Positions 23,505 through 37,519 are shown, numbered from the whole stretch's first letter. The stretch is DNA of 63,791 nucleotides, filler included, from Octopus bimaculoides (GCF_001194135.2; 8 parts of 8 records of this genome joined end to end with filler, not necessarily neighbours in it); one strand, 5' to 3'. The notes: generated by a model from the sequence alone, not told the origin. Numbers and translations: made by a program.

Positions 23505-25199
23505 CGAACGAACGAACGTACGTACGTTCGTACGAACAAATGAACAAACGAACGAACGAACGTAAGTACGAACGAACGAACATACATACGTACGTACGAG
23601 CGAACGAACGAACGAACGAAAGAACAAATTAATGAACGAACGAACGAACGTACGTAAGAACGAACAAACGAACGTACGTTCGTACGAACGAACGAACGAA
23701 CTAACGAACGAAGGAACGAACGAACTAACGAAAGAAGGAACGCACGAACTAACGAACAAAGGAACGAACGAACTAACGAACGAAGGAACGAACGAACTAA
23801 CGAACGAAGGAACGAACGAACATACGAACATACGAACGAACAAACGAACGGAAGAACGTACGCACGCATGAACGAACGAACAAACGTACGTACGAACGAA
23901 CGAACGAACGAATGTATGTACGTACGAGCGAAGGAAACAACGTATGTACGTACGTACGAACGAACGAACGAACGATCGAACGAACGTACGTACGTACGAA
24001 TGAACGAACGAACGTATGTACGTACGTACGAACGAACGATCGGACGGACGAACGAACGAAAGATCGAAAGAACGTACGTACGTACGAAGGAACGAATGAA
24101 CAAACGAACGAACGTACGTACGAGCGAACGAACGAGTGAACGAACGAACGTACGAAAGAACGAACGAACTAATGAACGACCGTACGTACGTAAGAACGAA
24201 CAAATGAACGTACGTTCGTACGAACGAACGAACGAACTAACGAACGAAGGAACGAACGAACTAACGAACGAAGGAACGAACGAACTAACGAACGGACGAA
24301 TCAACTGACGAACACTCGCACGCATCCAAAAACGAACGAACGAAGGAAGGAAGGAACGAACGAACGAACGAACTTACGAGCGAACGAACGAACGAACATA
24401 CGAACATACGAACGAACGAACGAACGAACGTACGAACGAACGAACGGAAGAACGTACGCACGCATGAACGAACGAACGAACGTACGTACGAACGAACATA
24501 CGTACGAACGAACGAACGAACGAACGAATGTATGTACGTATGAACGAACGAAAGAACGTATGTACGTACGTACGAACGAACGAACGATCGAACGAACGTA
24601 CGTGCGTACGTACGAAGGAACGAACAGACATACGTACGAACGAACGAACGAATGAACGAACGAACGAACGATCGAACGAACGTACGTACGAACGAACGAA
24701 AGAACGTACGTACGTAAGTAAGAGCGAACGAACGAACGAACAAACAAATTAATGAACGAACGTACGAACGAATGAACGAACGTACGCACGTAAGAACGAA
24801 CAAACGAACTTACGTTCGAACGAACGAACGAACGCATCAACTGACGAACATTCGCACGCACGCAAAAACGAACGAACGAAGGCATGAACGAACTTACGAA
24901 CGAACGAACAAACGAACGAACATACTAACGATCGAACATACGAACGAACGAACATACGAAGAACGAACGAACGAACAAACCTACGTACGAACGAACGAAC
25001 GTATGTCCGTACGAACGAACGAACGAACGAACGTATGTCCGTACGAACGAACGAATAAACTAATGAACGAAAGGAACGAACAAACTAACGAACGACCGAA
25101 CGAATGAACTAACACTCGCACGCATGCAAAAACGAACAAACGAACGAATAAAAGAACGAACGAACATACGAACGAAGGAAATTACGAACAAACGAACGA
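23505..25199. repeat. (ACGA)n-based complex satellite with higher-order repeat of about 540-600 bp
   Basis: Tetramer variants ACGA, ACGT, ACTA and AGGA; marker motifs recur at offsets of 536, 536 and 596 bp; both ends run into gaps. Confidence 0.9.
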
Positions 25200-25403
25200 N
25201 NNNNNNNNNNNNNNNNNNNNNNNNNNNNNNNNNNNNNNNNNNNTTAATTAATTAANNNNNNNNNNNNNNNNNNNNNNNNNNNNNNNNNNNNNNNNNNNNT
25301 ATATATATATATGCCCACCTTACATCTTTTCCACCACACATATAAATACATATATACAAACATATGTACACAAACGCATGTATACATACGTGCATACATA
25401 TAC

Positions 25404-25443
<40 letters not shown>

Positions 25444-25637
25444 TTATATTACATACACACACATATGTATATGTATATATATACGTTTATGAAACGTAAA
25501 ATAACCTAGTGAAATGAGAAGCTAAGGCAACCTGTTACTCAATCTATCAGTACCAAGATACATACATACATACATACATATGTGTGTGTGTATATATATA
25601 TATATAATATATTTATATATATTATATATATGCATAT

Positions 25638-25682
<45 letters not shown>

Positions 25683-26426
25683 NNNNNNNNNNNNNNNNNN
25701 NNNNNNNNNNNNNNNNNNNNNNNNNNNNNNNNNNNNNNNNNNNNNNNNNNNNNNNNNNNNNNNNNNNNNNNNNNNNNNNNNNNNNNNNNNNNNNNNNNNN
25801 NNNNNNNNNNNNNNNNNNNNNNNNNNNNNNNNNNNNNNNNNNNNNNNNNNNNNNNNNNNNNNNNNNNNNNNNNNNNNNNNNNNNNNNNNNNNNNNNNNNN
25901 NNNNNNNNNNNNNNNNNNNNNNNNNNNNNNNNNNNNNNNNNNNNNNNNNNNNNNNNNNNNNNNNNNNNNNNNNNNNNNNNNNNNNNNNNNNNNNNNNNNN
26001 NNNNNNNNNNNNNNNNNNNNNNNNNNNNNNNNNNNNNNNNNNNNNNNNNNNNNNNNNNNNNNNNNNNNNNNNNNNNNNNNNNNNNNNNNNNNNNNNNNNN
26101 NNNNNNNNNNNNNNNNNNNNNNNNNNNNNNNNNNNNNNNNNNNNNNNNNNNNNNNNNNNNNNNNNNNNNNNNNNNNNNNNNNNNNNNNNNNNNNNNNNNN
26201 NNNNNNNNNNNNNNNNNNNNNNNNNNNNNNNNNNNNNNNNNNNNNNNNNNNNNNNNNNNNNNNNNNNNNNNNNNNNNNNNNNNNNNNNNNNNNNNNNNNN
26301 NNNNNNNNNNNNNNNNNNNNNNNNNNNNNNNNNNNNNNNNNNNNNNNNNNNNNNNNNNNNNNNNNNNNNNNNNNNNNNNNNNNNNNNNNNNNNNNNNNNN
26401 NNNNNNNNNNNNNNNNNNNNNNNNNN

Positions 26427-26468
<42 letters not shown>

Positions 26469-26524
26469 TGTGTGTGTGTATGTGAGTGTGTGTATATATA
26501 CACATGTATCATCAAATAAATAAT

Positions 26525-26745
26525 CTTTTCTACTCTAAGCACAAAGCCCAAAATTTTGGGGTAGTGAGCCAGTACGCAACTGGTAGATCGCCCCCAGTAC
26601 GCAACTAGTATTTAATCTATCGACCCCAAAACGATGAAAGGCAATGTTGACCTTGGCGGAATTTGAACTCAGAATCTAACGGCAGACGAAATAACGCTAA
26701 GCATTTCGCCCGGTGTGCTTACATTTCTGCCAGCTTGCCGCCTTT
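26525..26745 (-). mobile_element. SINE family B
   Basis: Reverse complement of the family B pattern. Confidence 0.85.
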
Positions 26746-27446
26746 CACCAAATGAATAATAGCAGACGATCGGTAAATGTCAGCTCATTACACCTGTTTC
26801 TTATGCATATTTTTAATAGAAGAATGAGAACAGTTTCTTCATTACAAAAAAACCGTAATCACCAGATGAAATGTAATTTTACAAAGGAAAAGAATATGCC
26901 AAGAATACAGCAGGGATGTGGCTGAAGTCTGTCGAGGCTAACTATGAAATCGGAGAATGACCAACATAATTGGCCGTTGTGGGCATTAGGGTGTGGGTTT
27001 AAGTTAAGAATATAGTTTGTGAAAGGGTGTAATGTGATATTTAAAGATTCTATCTGAATCCTTATTTTACAATTTTTATACATGTGTATATACATATATG
27101 TGTGTGTGTATGTGTGTATGTTTGTGTGTGTGTGTGTGTGTGTGCGTGTGCGTGTATGTGTTTGGTGTATGTGTATGCGTTTATATAAACAAAAGGAAGC
27201 TAATATCCCCGAGTGGCCCATGGCATGGATTTGATCAATATAAATAAATAAAGTTATTTCAAATTTCCCAAGCAATATAAAGTCTTTGGTTGTTAAAATT
27301 ATTTTCGTCTCTGGAGGATATGCCATATTTATGAAATGGCAAAGTCAGACTACCTCTATGTAAGAAACTAGAATAATCTCAAGCGTCCTCAATTCTTCCA
27401 TTTCACAATTATGACACATTTGCTACACGTGAAGGTAATATAACAA

Positions 27447-27659
27447 TAGGTTCAATTTTGGCACAAGGCCAGTAATTTCAGGGAAAAGGGCTAAGTCTAT
27501 TACACCGGCCACATTATGCAACTAGTACTTATTTTATCGACTCCGAAATGATGAAAGGTATAGTCGACCTCGACGGAATTTGAACTCAGGACGTAAAGAC
27601 GGAAGAAATGCCGCTAAGCATTTTGCCCGGCGTGCTAACAGTTCTGCCAACTCGCCACC
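27447..27659 (-). mobile_element. SINE family B (head-to-head with next copy)
   Basis: Reverse complement of the family B pattern. Confidence 0.85.
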
Positions 27660-27689
27660 CTATGAAGGTAACATAATCCTACAATGCAA

Positions 27690-27880
27690 AGGTGGCGAAC
27701 TGGCTGCATCATTAGCACACGGGGCAAGAAGTACTTAGCAGCATTTTGTCTATCTGTACGTCTTGGGTTCAAAATTCACCTTTCATACTTTTGGCATTGA
27801 TAAAATAAGTACCAGCTGAGCACTGATGGTTGATATGATCCACTTACCAACTTCCCCCCAACATTGCTGGCCTTGTGTCT
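27690..27880 (+). mobile_element. SINE family B, diverged
   Basis: GGTGGCGAACTGGC...TTTCATACTTTTGGCATTGATAAAATAAGTACCAG. Confidence 0.75.
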
Positions 27881-28094
27881 TTGTGCCATTGTACCATAAT
27901 TCAAAATCAATATTACATGTATGCATGGCATGGTTAAGCTATTCTGCGTGCGATGCGTTAAATGCAGTCAGGATGTACATCTAACGATTCATAACCATGG
28001 AGACGATGACGATGAAGAGTGATATTCATGCATCACCTTATAAATTATCTGTTCTCGGATGGATTCCTATTACACACTATCTTCAGTAGCAATA

Positions 28095-28278
28095 CAGTAA
28101 TCCCTCGCCATATCGTGATTCACCTACCGCGGTTTATTATTTAAGCTTACCTCGATTCCTCCGTGTTGTTGTTTTACATTTATAATAAAATAAATATATA
28201 CAAATTATAGAAATAATAAGTACAGTACTGTTGCTACTTCGCGGATTTTCACCTATCGCGATAGTCGAGGTAGTATTG
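28095..28278. mobile_element. Tc1/mariner (pogo/Tigger-like) MITE
   Basis: TA|CAGTAATCCCTCGCCATATCG ... CGCGATAGTCGAGGTAGTATTG|TA: imperfect terminal inverted repeats (TIRs) with TA flanks. Confidence 0.7.
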
Positions 28279-28851
28279 TAGCAACCATGATGAGACGCGT
28301 TGTGAAGCAAATATTTATTTTGATGGTGTCCTGAATATGCTGGTCATTGTCCACAACTTTTCTAAAGATGTCGAAAGGTGAGAATGTTCTGGTCACTTGG
28401 AGGGCATTACAGGCTTTATTAGGATCATGCAATCCTTTCTCTCATCTAAACAGGAAAAACCCGGACACCTTCTAAAAGCTGACGATATTCGAGTTGTACA
28501 TTAGGAAATTATATTCAGCCCACTGGCTTATTGTAACATATGTGATTTTTCAGTTGCTGATTTCTTATATAACTGGTTGCGGACTTTAATTTGGCATATG
28601 GTTGCCAGCGGATATATGCTGCTGACGGACTGCAAAAACAAAGAAATTCGCATAGAACATATATGTATATGTATATATGTATTTCTTTTATTCTTTTATT
28701 TCTTTCAGTCATTTATCTGTGGCCATGCTGGAGCACCGCCTTTAGTCAAGCAAATCGTCCCCAGGACTTATTCTTTATAACCTGCTACACAACAGCATCG
28801 GTTGTCAAGCAATGCTGGGGTAAAAAAAAACAGACACACAAATATATACAT

Positions 28852-28910
<59 letters not shown>

Positions 28911-29096
28911 NNNNNNNNNNNNNNNNNNNNNNNNNNNNNNNNNNNNNNNNNNNNTTAATTAATTAANNNNNNNNNNNNNNNNNNNNNNNNNNNNNNNNNN
29001 NNNNNNNNNNTATGTATAACTTATTTGTATTGAGCAAATTTCTTGTCAATAATTTGTATCCTGTTACCAGTGCAGTATATCATTCAAAGCTAATTC

Positions 29097-29328
29097 ATCT
29101 AACATTTCTATTATATTTCTGCTGAAATTCATTGTTTTTGCTCCAATAAAATTTCGAAAAGAATGAAGAATTTAGTAAAATAACTTTGTAGTTATTAAAC
29201 TTTTGTTTGGAACTTAAATTAACATGAAATTTTGATGGTAAGGTTTTAATTCAGATTAATTTAAAATAACCAAGTTTATATCATAAAACCACAGGTGGAC
29301 TCAGATGGTTCAGCATCAAAAGGGTCAA
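29097..29328 (+). mobile_element. piggyBac-like MITE, family P1 (diverged)
   Basis: Collinear with 36031-36244; ends AAAGGGTCAA. Confidence 0.65.
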
Positions 29329-29779
29329 TGTTTGTTGGTTCAGTTCAATTTGCTATGAAAAGGTGCCATGAGTGGCTAGAATCCAAGATCTTTTTTAAAT
29401 TAAAAAAGGGTTTTATTATTTATATTACAGTTAGGATGCTGGATCAATAGAATTGTTAGAGCATCAGTAAAAGTACTTTGCAGTATTTTTTTCAGTTCTT
29501 TAGATTCTGAATCCAGATCCTTTGGATCTGGATTCAATCCTCTGGGGTCAATAAAATAAAGTACCAATATAGTATTAAGTTGGTACACTTGACTGCCAGT
29601 TCCCTAAAATGCCTTGTGCATTACAGTTTGATTTCAAGTTTTTTTTTATAGGTTATGAGAAAAAAATCCACTCTATAATTGTCAGATCAGAGTCTCCACT
29701 TATCTCAATAAATTTTCTTCATTAGAACAAGGCCTAGTTCTGATTCTTGTTGTCTTAAATAGCTGATACTCAACTTTTC

Positions 29780-30170
29780 TTTATTCATTCACCTTATGAC
29801 ATTGACAACAAATCTCACCTGGTTGACATCTGTCAAAGTAGAGCAGCTTTTTTCTTTTATCAAACAAGGAAGAGTTATTATTATTTATTTATATATTTTG
29901 GTACAGAGTGGCAATACCTGTTTAGATTATTATATTGCTCACAGTTTAATAAATTGTTTCTGATAGTAAAACTATAAATAGGATCAAGGTTTTCCTATTA
30001 CCTTTTGTGAAAGGTGTGCAGGTTCTGTTTTTTTAGTATTGTATTGTTTTCTCACTCTCCTACAAGTTATTGCTCAGTCTTGACCTCTCCTTCAATCCTA
30101 TTGTAAATTCATTCAACATATTTGTCTAGTTCATGCATGATACCAAAGTTATCCAAATTATCTTATCTAG
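29780..30170 (+). pseudogene. Possible ancient CR1/L2-type RT remnant
   Basis: Weak residual motifs by eye (e.g. FMHDTKV, similar to FADDTK). Confidence 0.3.
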
Positions 30171-31099
30171 TGTTATAATGATGCACAAGCATTGAAATTA
30201 TCTCACCAGGTGTGATTATTGTGCAGGTGTGGCTGAGTAGTTAATGAGTTTGCTATCCCAGCCACATGGTTTTGGGTTCAGTCCCACTGTGTAGCACCTG
30301 TGGCCAAAGCCTTGTGAGTGGATTAATTTGGTAGAGAGAAACTGAAAGAAGCTTGTCTGATGAAAGCGAGTTCTAGAAGTGCTGTGCATTACATGCTCTC
30401 CCCCACATGTTACATTAATCTCCAACTCCTCCCCAATGAACCAGACTACATCTCACCATGCACTGTATTCTCTTTATCTCTCTCTCTCTCTTTGTTTCCC
30501 TGCTCTCCAATGTTGCTTTGTCATATCTCTCTCCCCTGTCTTCCTCCTGCCCATAAATATCATGGTTATCCTTCCACTCCCCTATACACACTGTATTCAC
30601 TATTTATTACATTTCCCTACCCTGCTCCCTCTGTCTTCTTCTCTCTGTTTGCACCCTTGTGAACTCCTTGCTCACTCATGGAGGTACATGTCTTAGTAGA
30701 GTGTTGGACTTCATTTCACATTGCTCAGGTCTACACAGCTGGCAAAAACGAGTAACCCTGTGATGGACCGGTGTCCCATCCAGGTGCAGAATTTATACAT
30801 CATGGAAATGGGGAAATCAGCCCTTATGAGTTGGCATGGCTCAAGAAGGAAACTTTACTTTACCTTGCTCACTCACCCTGTTCAATCCTCTGTGCAACTC
30901 CACTTACATTCACCTCCTTGTACCCTGAGGGTGCACCCTGGCACATCTTCACCATCCTCTCTCCCTCTCTCTCCTCTGACACACGGGGTAGCCATGTGTC
31001 GCCTCTACAGAAAGACACTTGTTTCTATCCTTTAACCTCTCATCACCTGGCACCTCTCTTAATACTACTCCTTCTTCACTTGAGGAGCCTTTGTCATTG

Positions 31100-32380
31100 T
31101 CTTACATATTACTTGATGACCTTATTGGTGCTGGTGCCATGTAAAAAGCACCCTGTACACTCTGTAAAGTGGTTGGCATTAGGAAGGGCATTCACGCTAT
31201 AGAAACTATGCCAAAACTGATGGAAGAGCTTGGTGCAGTCTTTGGCTATCCACCTCCTTTCAAATCATCCAACCAAATTGTCCATGCCAGCATGGAAAAT
31301 GGCTGTTAAGTGATGAAAACACTGATGATGATTATAATATATGTATATATTTGTGTATGCTTGCATCTCCTTGCCCTGGTATCACATGACAACTGTAAAT
31401 AAACATCACCATCGTACAAGCTGTGTCATTCATTTCCAATATTCTGCAAAAATGTGTCTGGTCTTGCTGAAATATTACCTTGCTTGGAAATAGGTGAGTT
31501 TTGGTGACAGGAAGGGCATCTAACCAAAGAAACTCTACATCTGTTAAGCTTTATTCCACCCATGCAAGCTTGGAAAAGTGAGCATTAAAATGATGATAGT
31601 GACGATGATGTTGATGATGATGACGACGACAACGACAATAATGATGATGGTGGTGGTGGTGGTGGTGGTGGTAGTGCAATCATTCATAACAATTAAAATT
31701 ATTTTACCTAGAATTACAATCTTCATCATCATCATCCTCGTCATCATCATTTAATGTCCAGGTTTCAAGCTAGCATGGTTTGGATGGTTTGATAGGATCT
31801 GATGGTTTCAAGGACTGCAACATGTTCCATTGTTTTCTTTGGTAATAGTTTCTATGGCTAGGTGTTCTTCCTAATGCTGACCACTTTACAGTGTGTACTG
31901 GGTGCTTCTTTTTCATGCTGCCAGCTCTATTGAAGTCACCTTATATTGTGCAAGACTAGGAGGCCTGAAGAGGGGTACTTTCCCAAACATGATGGAAAAG
32001 CAGAAGTTTTAAGCTGACATTCATGAAAACAGAGGCACCTAAAGCAGTTAGTGAAAGATTCCTTGACAGGATCCTGTGCTGCCCATTCTCTTATAGTAAT
32101 CCCCTCAAACCTTTGCATGAAGCTGATTTCCCCAACCATCATCACTTCCTTCAGAGCACATAATCCTGTGAACTACTTAGCAGCCACAGTAGTGCAGACT
32201 GGCATGAAAAAAAAACTCCCAGTCCATACTGTAAAGTCGTTGGTGTTAGGAAGGGCATCCAGCTGTAGAAATCATGCCAAAACAGACATTGGAGCTTGTT
32301 ACAGTCCTTGGATACATCGGATCCTGTTAAACCATCTAACCCATGACAGTATGGAGTATGAACGTTAAATGATGATGTTG
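31100..32380. mobile_element. Cluster of RTE-tail SINE/LINE 3' ends in both orientations
   Basis: GGCATTAGGAAGGGCATCCAGC...CCATGCCAGCATGGAAAA..GTTAAATGATGATG tails at about 31100-31330, 31480-31600 and 32180-32380 (+), and 31740-31960 (-). Confidence 0.75.
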
Positions 32381-33530
32381 ATCATCATGACAATGATGAT
32401 GATGATGACAATGACAAAACAGATGGCAAGGGCAGTGGTGGTGATGATGATGATGGTGATGGTTATGATGACGGTACACACTACCATGTAATATTGGTTT
32501 GTGAGTGAGAACTCACACGCACACACACACACACACACAGACACACACACATATATTTAGGAAAATAAAAAATAATAATAATGAGGCAGAATACTAAACT
32601 GAAAGCATATTTTAATATAGATGTGTATAAGGAGGATTAAAAANNNNNNNNNNNNNNNNNNNNNNNNNNNNNNNNNNNNNNNNNNNNNNNNNNNNNNNNN
32701 NNNNNNNNNNNNNNNNNNNNNNNNNNNNNNNNNNNNNNNNNNNCTTCATTTACAACTGCTAGTACCCCTACCATGATTATTCCAACTCTTATGAATTTAT
32801 AGAGATGGGTGGGGGGTCAAGTTTGAAATCTTTGTTACCGGAATGGTAAAAATGGTTGACTAGCAGAAACTATAGAACACCAGAATGAATTGCTTTACTT
32901 TGTTCTACCAGGGTTAACTTTTCTTTATAACGTCATCAATAGAAATAGGTACCAGTAATACACTGATTTGATTCAATCATACATGTTTCTATTCCATAAA
33001 TATTGCTGTGCACGTAGTAAAGAGAAATTACTTTTGCAATAAAAGTACATTGTATAAGTCAGTATAAAGACACTAATTAGAATGGTTTATAGCTAATAAA
33101 TGCACAAGGTAAAATAGAAACAAATAGAATTAACATACAGATGAGGAAAAAATAGCATTTAAGTATGGCTTTTATTTATATAATGGCCTTAAAACAGAAC
33201 ATTGTGTTGGTTATTTGTAGCTAATGTAGTGTTGGAAGGGAGGGGATGGAGGCTACTGCAGCAACAAAGAAGGGAAATAATGGATAGGGAATTAATTGCA
33301 TCAAAAACAGACAAGAAAATGTAAAAAAAAAAAAAAAGAATACCAAGAATAGAAAAAGTAAGATGCATAAAGTTAAGTGATTAAAGCAAACATCATTCTT
33401 GTCATGAAAGCCAAAAAAAGCGCACACATTTATGCTTGCATTAGCAGGAAGATAAAAAGACTTTTGGACATATTCATTGATGAAATATAGAAAATTCTTA
33501 GTAATATGAAGGATCAAACATATTCTTCAT

Positions 33531-33574
33531 TTAGCTTGGGAACATAGAAATCTGACTTTGAACTCTTGGAGCAA
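33531..33574 (-). CDS. Host gene, predicted terminal coding exon (F)APRVQSQISMFPS*
   Basis: Acceptor tttcttttttttttgcaaag; phase 1; TAA at 33533-33531; minus-strand AATAAA near 33175. Confidence 0.55.
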
Positions 33575-34231
33575 CTTTGCAAAAAAAAAAAGAAATGAAA
33601 AACCAAAACAAACCCAAAACAAAAACAAGTCTCAATCATTCAAATATTTTGCATAATTTTATTCTCTTGTCAGTTCACAAAATCCTTATATCAAATGAAA
33701 TATCAGTGCAGGTATGGCTGTCTAGTTTTCTTCACAACCATATGGTTTTGAGTTTAGTTCCACTGTACAACATCTTAGACAGGTATTTTCTACAATAGCC
33801 CCAGGCTGACCAATGGCCTTGTGAGTGAATATATGATTAAGTGTATATGTGCTTCATAATATCTTTGTGGTTAAGAAGCTTGCTTTACAGGCACATGGTT
33901 TTGGGTTCTAACCTATGATACAGTACTCTGGGCAAGTGTTTTCTACTATGGTACTGGGCTGATCAATGCTTTGTAAATTTATTTGGTAGATGAAAACTGT
34001 GTGGTAGCTCATCACTAACAAACATACACATTAGCGCACGTGCGCATGCACACACACACACGCACAGAATTATATATGTTGTTTACATCATAAGAATTTA
34101 GAAACCTAGGAGACATGAAATAGATTTTATATTTACTCTTTGAACTTGAAGTAGATGAAGCCATAAGTAGCATGTAAATATTGGGTTAAAAAAAATCTTG
34201 GATGGTAAAAGCTGAAGACTGTTCAACTTAC

Positions 34232-34321
34232 AGGCTATACATGATGTTATTGCTGGCACCATGTCATCACAGTTATTCTCCATTGTGTAGGACAACAAAC
34301 TATCTTCATCAACATCAGAAA
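34232..34321 (-). CDS. Host gene internal exon, 90 nt, (I)SDVDEDSLLSYTMENNCDDMVPAITSCIA
   Basis: Acceptor aaattcag, donor GTAAGT; only the phase-1 frame is open. Confidence 0.8.
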
Positions 34322-35021
34322 CTGAATTTTAATTTTGATCTCAAATTTAGATAAAATATAAATATATAAAATAAAATTATTTGATTTTTTTTTTGAATTT
34401 TCTTTGTTTGATTTCAATCTCTTTCATCATCATCATCATAATCATCATCATTTTATGTCCATCTTCCATGCTGCATGGGTTAAATGGTTTGATAGGAGCT
34501 GGCAAGCAGGAGAGCTGTACCAAGCTCCATTATCTGCTTTGGCATGGTTTCTATGGCTGGATGCCCTTCCTAACACGAATCACTTTACAGATTGTACTGG
34601 ATGCTTTTAATGTAACCTCAACAGTGGTGCTTTTTACATGGCCCCAACACCAGTGGGGTCATCAAGTAACTTGTGAGATGGGTGAGAGAGTGAGGGAGAG
34701 AGTGAGAGAAATTATTCCCTTGGGAGATGCATTGAGATTTACCCACAGGGAACAGTGGAGGGGAGTGTAAGTGGTACAAAGGGGGATAGAGGGGGATGTT
34801 CCATAAGATTGTGATGGGAAATGTATAGATATAGGGAAGAGGTGACTGTAGCAAGTGATGGTGATAAAAATTGAAGTGGCTGAGAGGAGGATATGGTAGA
34901 CATGTGAGGACAGGGAGAGTGTACTGATAGGCACATGAGGGAGAATGGAAGGGCCTGCAACAGATGATGATCATGGGTGGTGGGGTGGGGGGTATTGAAA
35001 AGATGAGTTGAGGGGGAATTT

Positions 35022-35057
<36 letters not shown>

Positions 35058-35084
35058 TGAGGCATGGCCATAAAGGGCATGCCT

Positions 35085-35760
35085 GTATGTATGGATGGCC
35101 ACAATTTTACTTGGCTTGATGTGTCTTCTGAAGCACAGCAAATCGCCAACAGTCTCATCCCCTTGTCATCATCTCTATGAGGGTCAACATTTGAAGATCA
35201 TTTCTCACCACTTTGTCTCACATCTTCCTGAATCTTCCTTTTCCACAGGTTCCCTCAACAGTTAGAGATTGGTACTTGTTTATGCAGCTGTCCTCTTTCA
35301 TACATATCACATGACCATACCAGCAGTCTTCTCTCTTGTACACTACATCTGATGCCTCTTATACACAATTTTCCTCTCGAATCATTTACCCTCTGCTGTA
35401 TACACACACTGACATTACCCATCCAGTAGAGTATGCTGGCTTCATTTCTTTCAAACCTTGCATGTCCTCTGTTGTCGTAACCCATGTTTCACTACCATGT
35501 TGCATAGCTGTCCACACATAGGCATCATACAATCTGCCTTTTACTCTGAGGGAGAGGCCCTTTGTTACCAACAAAAGTAGAAGCTCTCTAAACTTTGCTC
35601 AATCCTTTCTTATTCTAGCAGCTGCATTTTCATAGCACCTTCCTCCGTTGCTAACTTGGTCACCTCGGTAACAAACGCTGTCTACTACTTGTAAGGCCCC
35701 CACCCAGACATTTGAGAAAGTCTATCTCTTGTACATTCCTAGTGTTTATTGTACCTGTAT
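35085..35760 (-). mobile_element. RTE-type LINE ORF2 3' fragment
   Basis: LVTKGLSLRVKGRLYDAY...MQHGSETW; continues into an RTE tail (also at 34430-34680). Confidence 0.8.
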
Positions 35761-36030
35761 ATCTGCCATGCACAAAGACTACATTCTCTGTCAACCTTCC
35801 TGTGATTCCAATGCTCCTCATATGTGTCCATAGCTTGCACTGGGTGCACTGTATGTAATCTTTTCTATCTATCGAACAGAGCTATCTCCCTGAAGGGATT
35901 AGTAATTTTTCTGCTTTCCTTTTTACTAGGACTTAAGTTTTTGCTAAATTAACTGTAGACCTTGCTTCCACACCTGAAATTTCTTCTATAATTCATTTTT
36001 TTTTTCAGTTCCAATTTTTTTATATTTCTT

Positions 36031-36244
36031 TTGAACCTTTTGTTACTGTATTTCTGTTGAAATACATTTGTTTGAAAATAATGAAAATTTTAATAAAATA
36101 ATAACATTGAGATCAAGCTAGTGTTTGGAACATGAATTAACATGAAATTTTGATGGAAGGTTTTAATTTAGATCACTTTAGAACAGGATGTCTTTGTCAT
36201 GAGACCATGGGTGGTCTCAAGTGGATTGGTATCAAAAGGTTTAA
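36031..36244 (+). mobile_element. piggyBac-like MITE, family P1
   Basis: (TTGA)ACCTTTTGTTAC ... ATCAAAAGGT|TTAA termini. Confidence 0.75.
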
Positions 36245-37290
36245 ACAATTCTTTACTTTACTTGAGTCAGAAGGTATTCTTGTGATGGTTCAATCATTAT
36301 TTTTCACACTGGGTATCTGGTAATTAAATACTGCTTCATTAATAAGTCTATATCCATCATCCAGTCCATTCCAGTGTGGAAAAACAGACATAAAATACAC
36401 AAAGAACAAAACAGTTTTGAAAGAGAGCTGGGTAAGTTGATGTCAAGGTTTCATATCCTATCATTGGTGGCTTGCTGTGTCTACAGTCAAAACATTTAAC
36501 TTGTTAAAGGTCAGCTTCCTTCCTTTTTTATAAAAAATAAGTTAATCAAAGGAAGAGAGGCAGTGCACATGACCTTTGATAGCTGTTCCAGATAGGTGGA
36601 ACTGATGTGGTTAATGCTCAGCTTTATTGACATATAAAAACATCATAATCATCATTCAGAAAAACAAGTGTGACTTGGTAGATTGTGCCACACTTTTGGT
36701 GTGTTGTGAGCTGACACAGACACCCTCATAGCCCCTCCCTTGACTCTGTGCAGCATGAAGGATGTGACAGTTGGAGGATGCAATGCACTGCCTGGTCCTG
36801 GAATTGAACCCACAACCTTACAATCATGAGCCTAATACACTAACTACTAAATCACAAACCTTCATAACTGATGTAACAGTTAAATGGTAAATACAATTAT
36901 CTCTCAATAGATTATTAGAAGACATCACCTTTTAAGGAATAACCCAGAAATTAACTTTTGACTTTTATGTTGGTTTTTGAATTGCTACATCTAGTCACCA
37001 ATTTACATTTACAGCAAAAATCAGTAGAACCTTATGAAAGTCTACAAAAACAAGAGTTTAAGGAGCATCAATAATTTCATTTGCCATGAGGAGTGGAAAG
37101 TCTAACATTTCAGGCCGTTGCTCTTTCAAAGAAAAAAGGGAAAGACTAAATAATAGTTGGTGTGGCTGTAGACAATGAACTTCAACATTTCCTTTGTGTT
37201 TGTTACTCTTTTTCAAAGAACAAGAACTCCAGTTTGATGTTCCATGAATTCTGCTTTCTTGACTAATCATTGCTATGAAATAAATCTTAC

Positions 37291-37410
37291 TTGAAACTGA
37301 AACAGTATTGAATAATTTGCCAAATATTTCTTTAGTTTTTTCAGTGCTGAGTTTGTATTGTTCCATAAGTTTTGTGTGGAGAGATCTGAATGCCACCATC
37401 ATTGTTTGTT
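37291..37410 (-). CDS. Host gene internal exon, 120 nt, (E)QTMMVAFRSLHTKLMEQYKLSTEKTKEIFGKLFNTVSVS
   Basis: Acceptor tttatttatgtag, donor GTAAGA; only the phase-1 frame is open; lies inside track ORF 37058-37468. Confidence 0.8.
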
Positions 37411-37519
37411 CTACATAAATAAAGTTTCCATGTTTTTTTAGCCACCATACATAATGGTTATACATCATATATAATGTATATACACTATCAAAGATGTATA
37501 TATGTTAAGTATGTTGCAT

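Noticed and set aside
23453-25107. Long SFVR/TNER-repeat ORFs of up to 290 aa
   Set aside because: Automatic consequence of a stop-poor tetranucleotide satellite; no splice or start context.
32744-32800. Possible extra exon VGIIMVGVLAVVNE on the minus strand
   Set aside because: Splicing from 34232 creates TAG, the acceptor is weak, and the segment runs into a gap.
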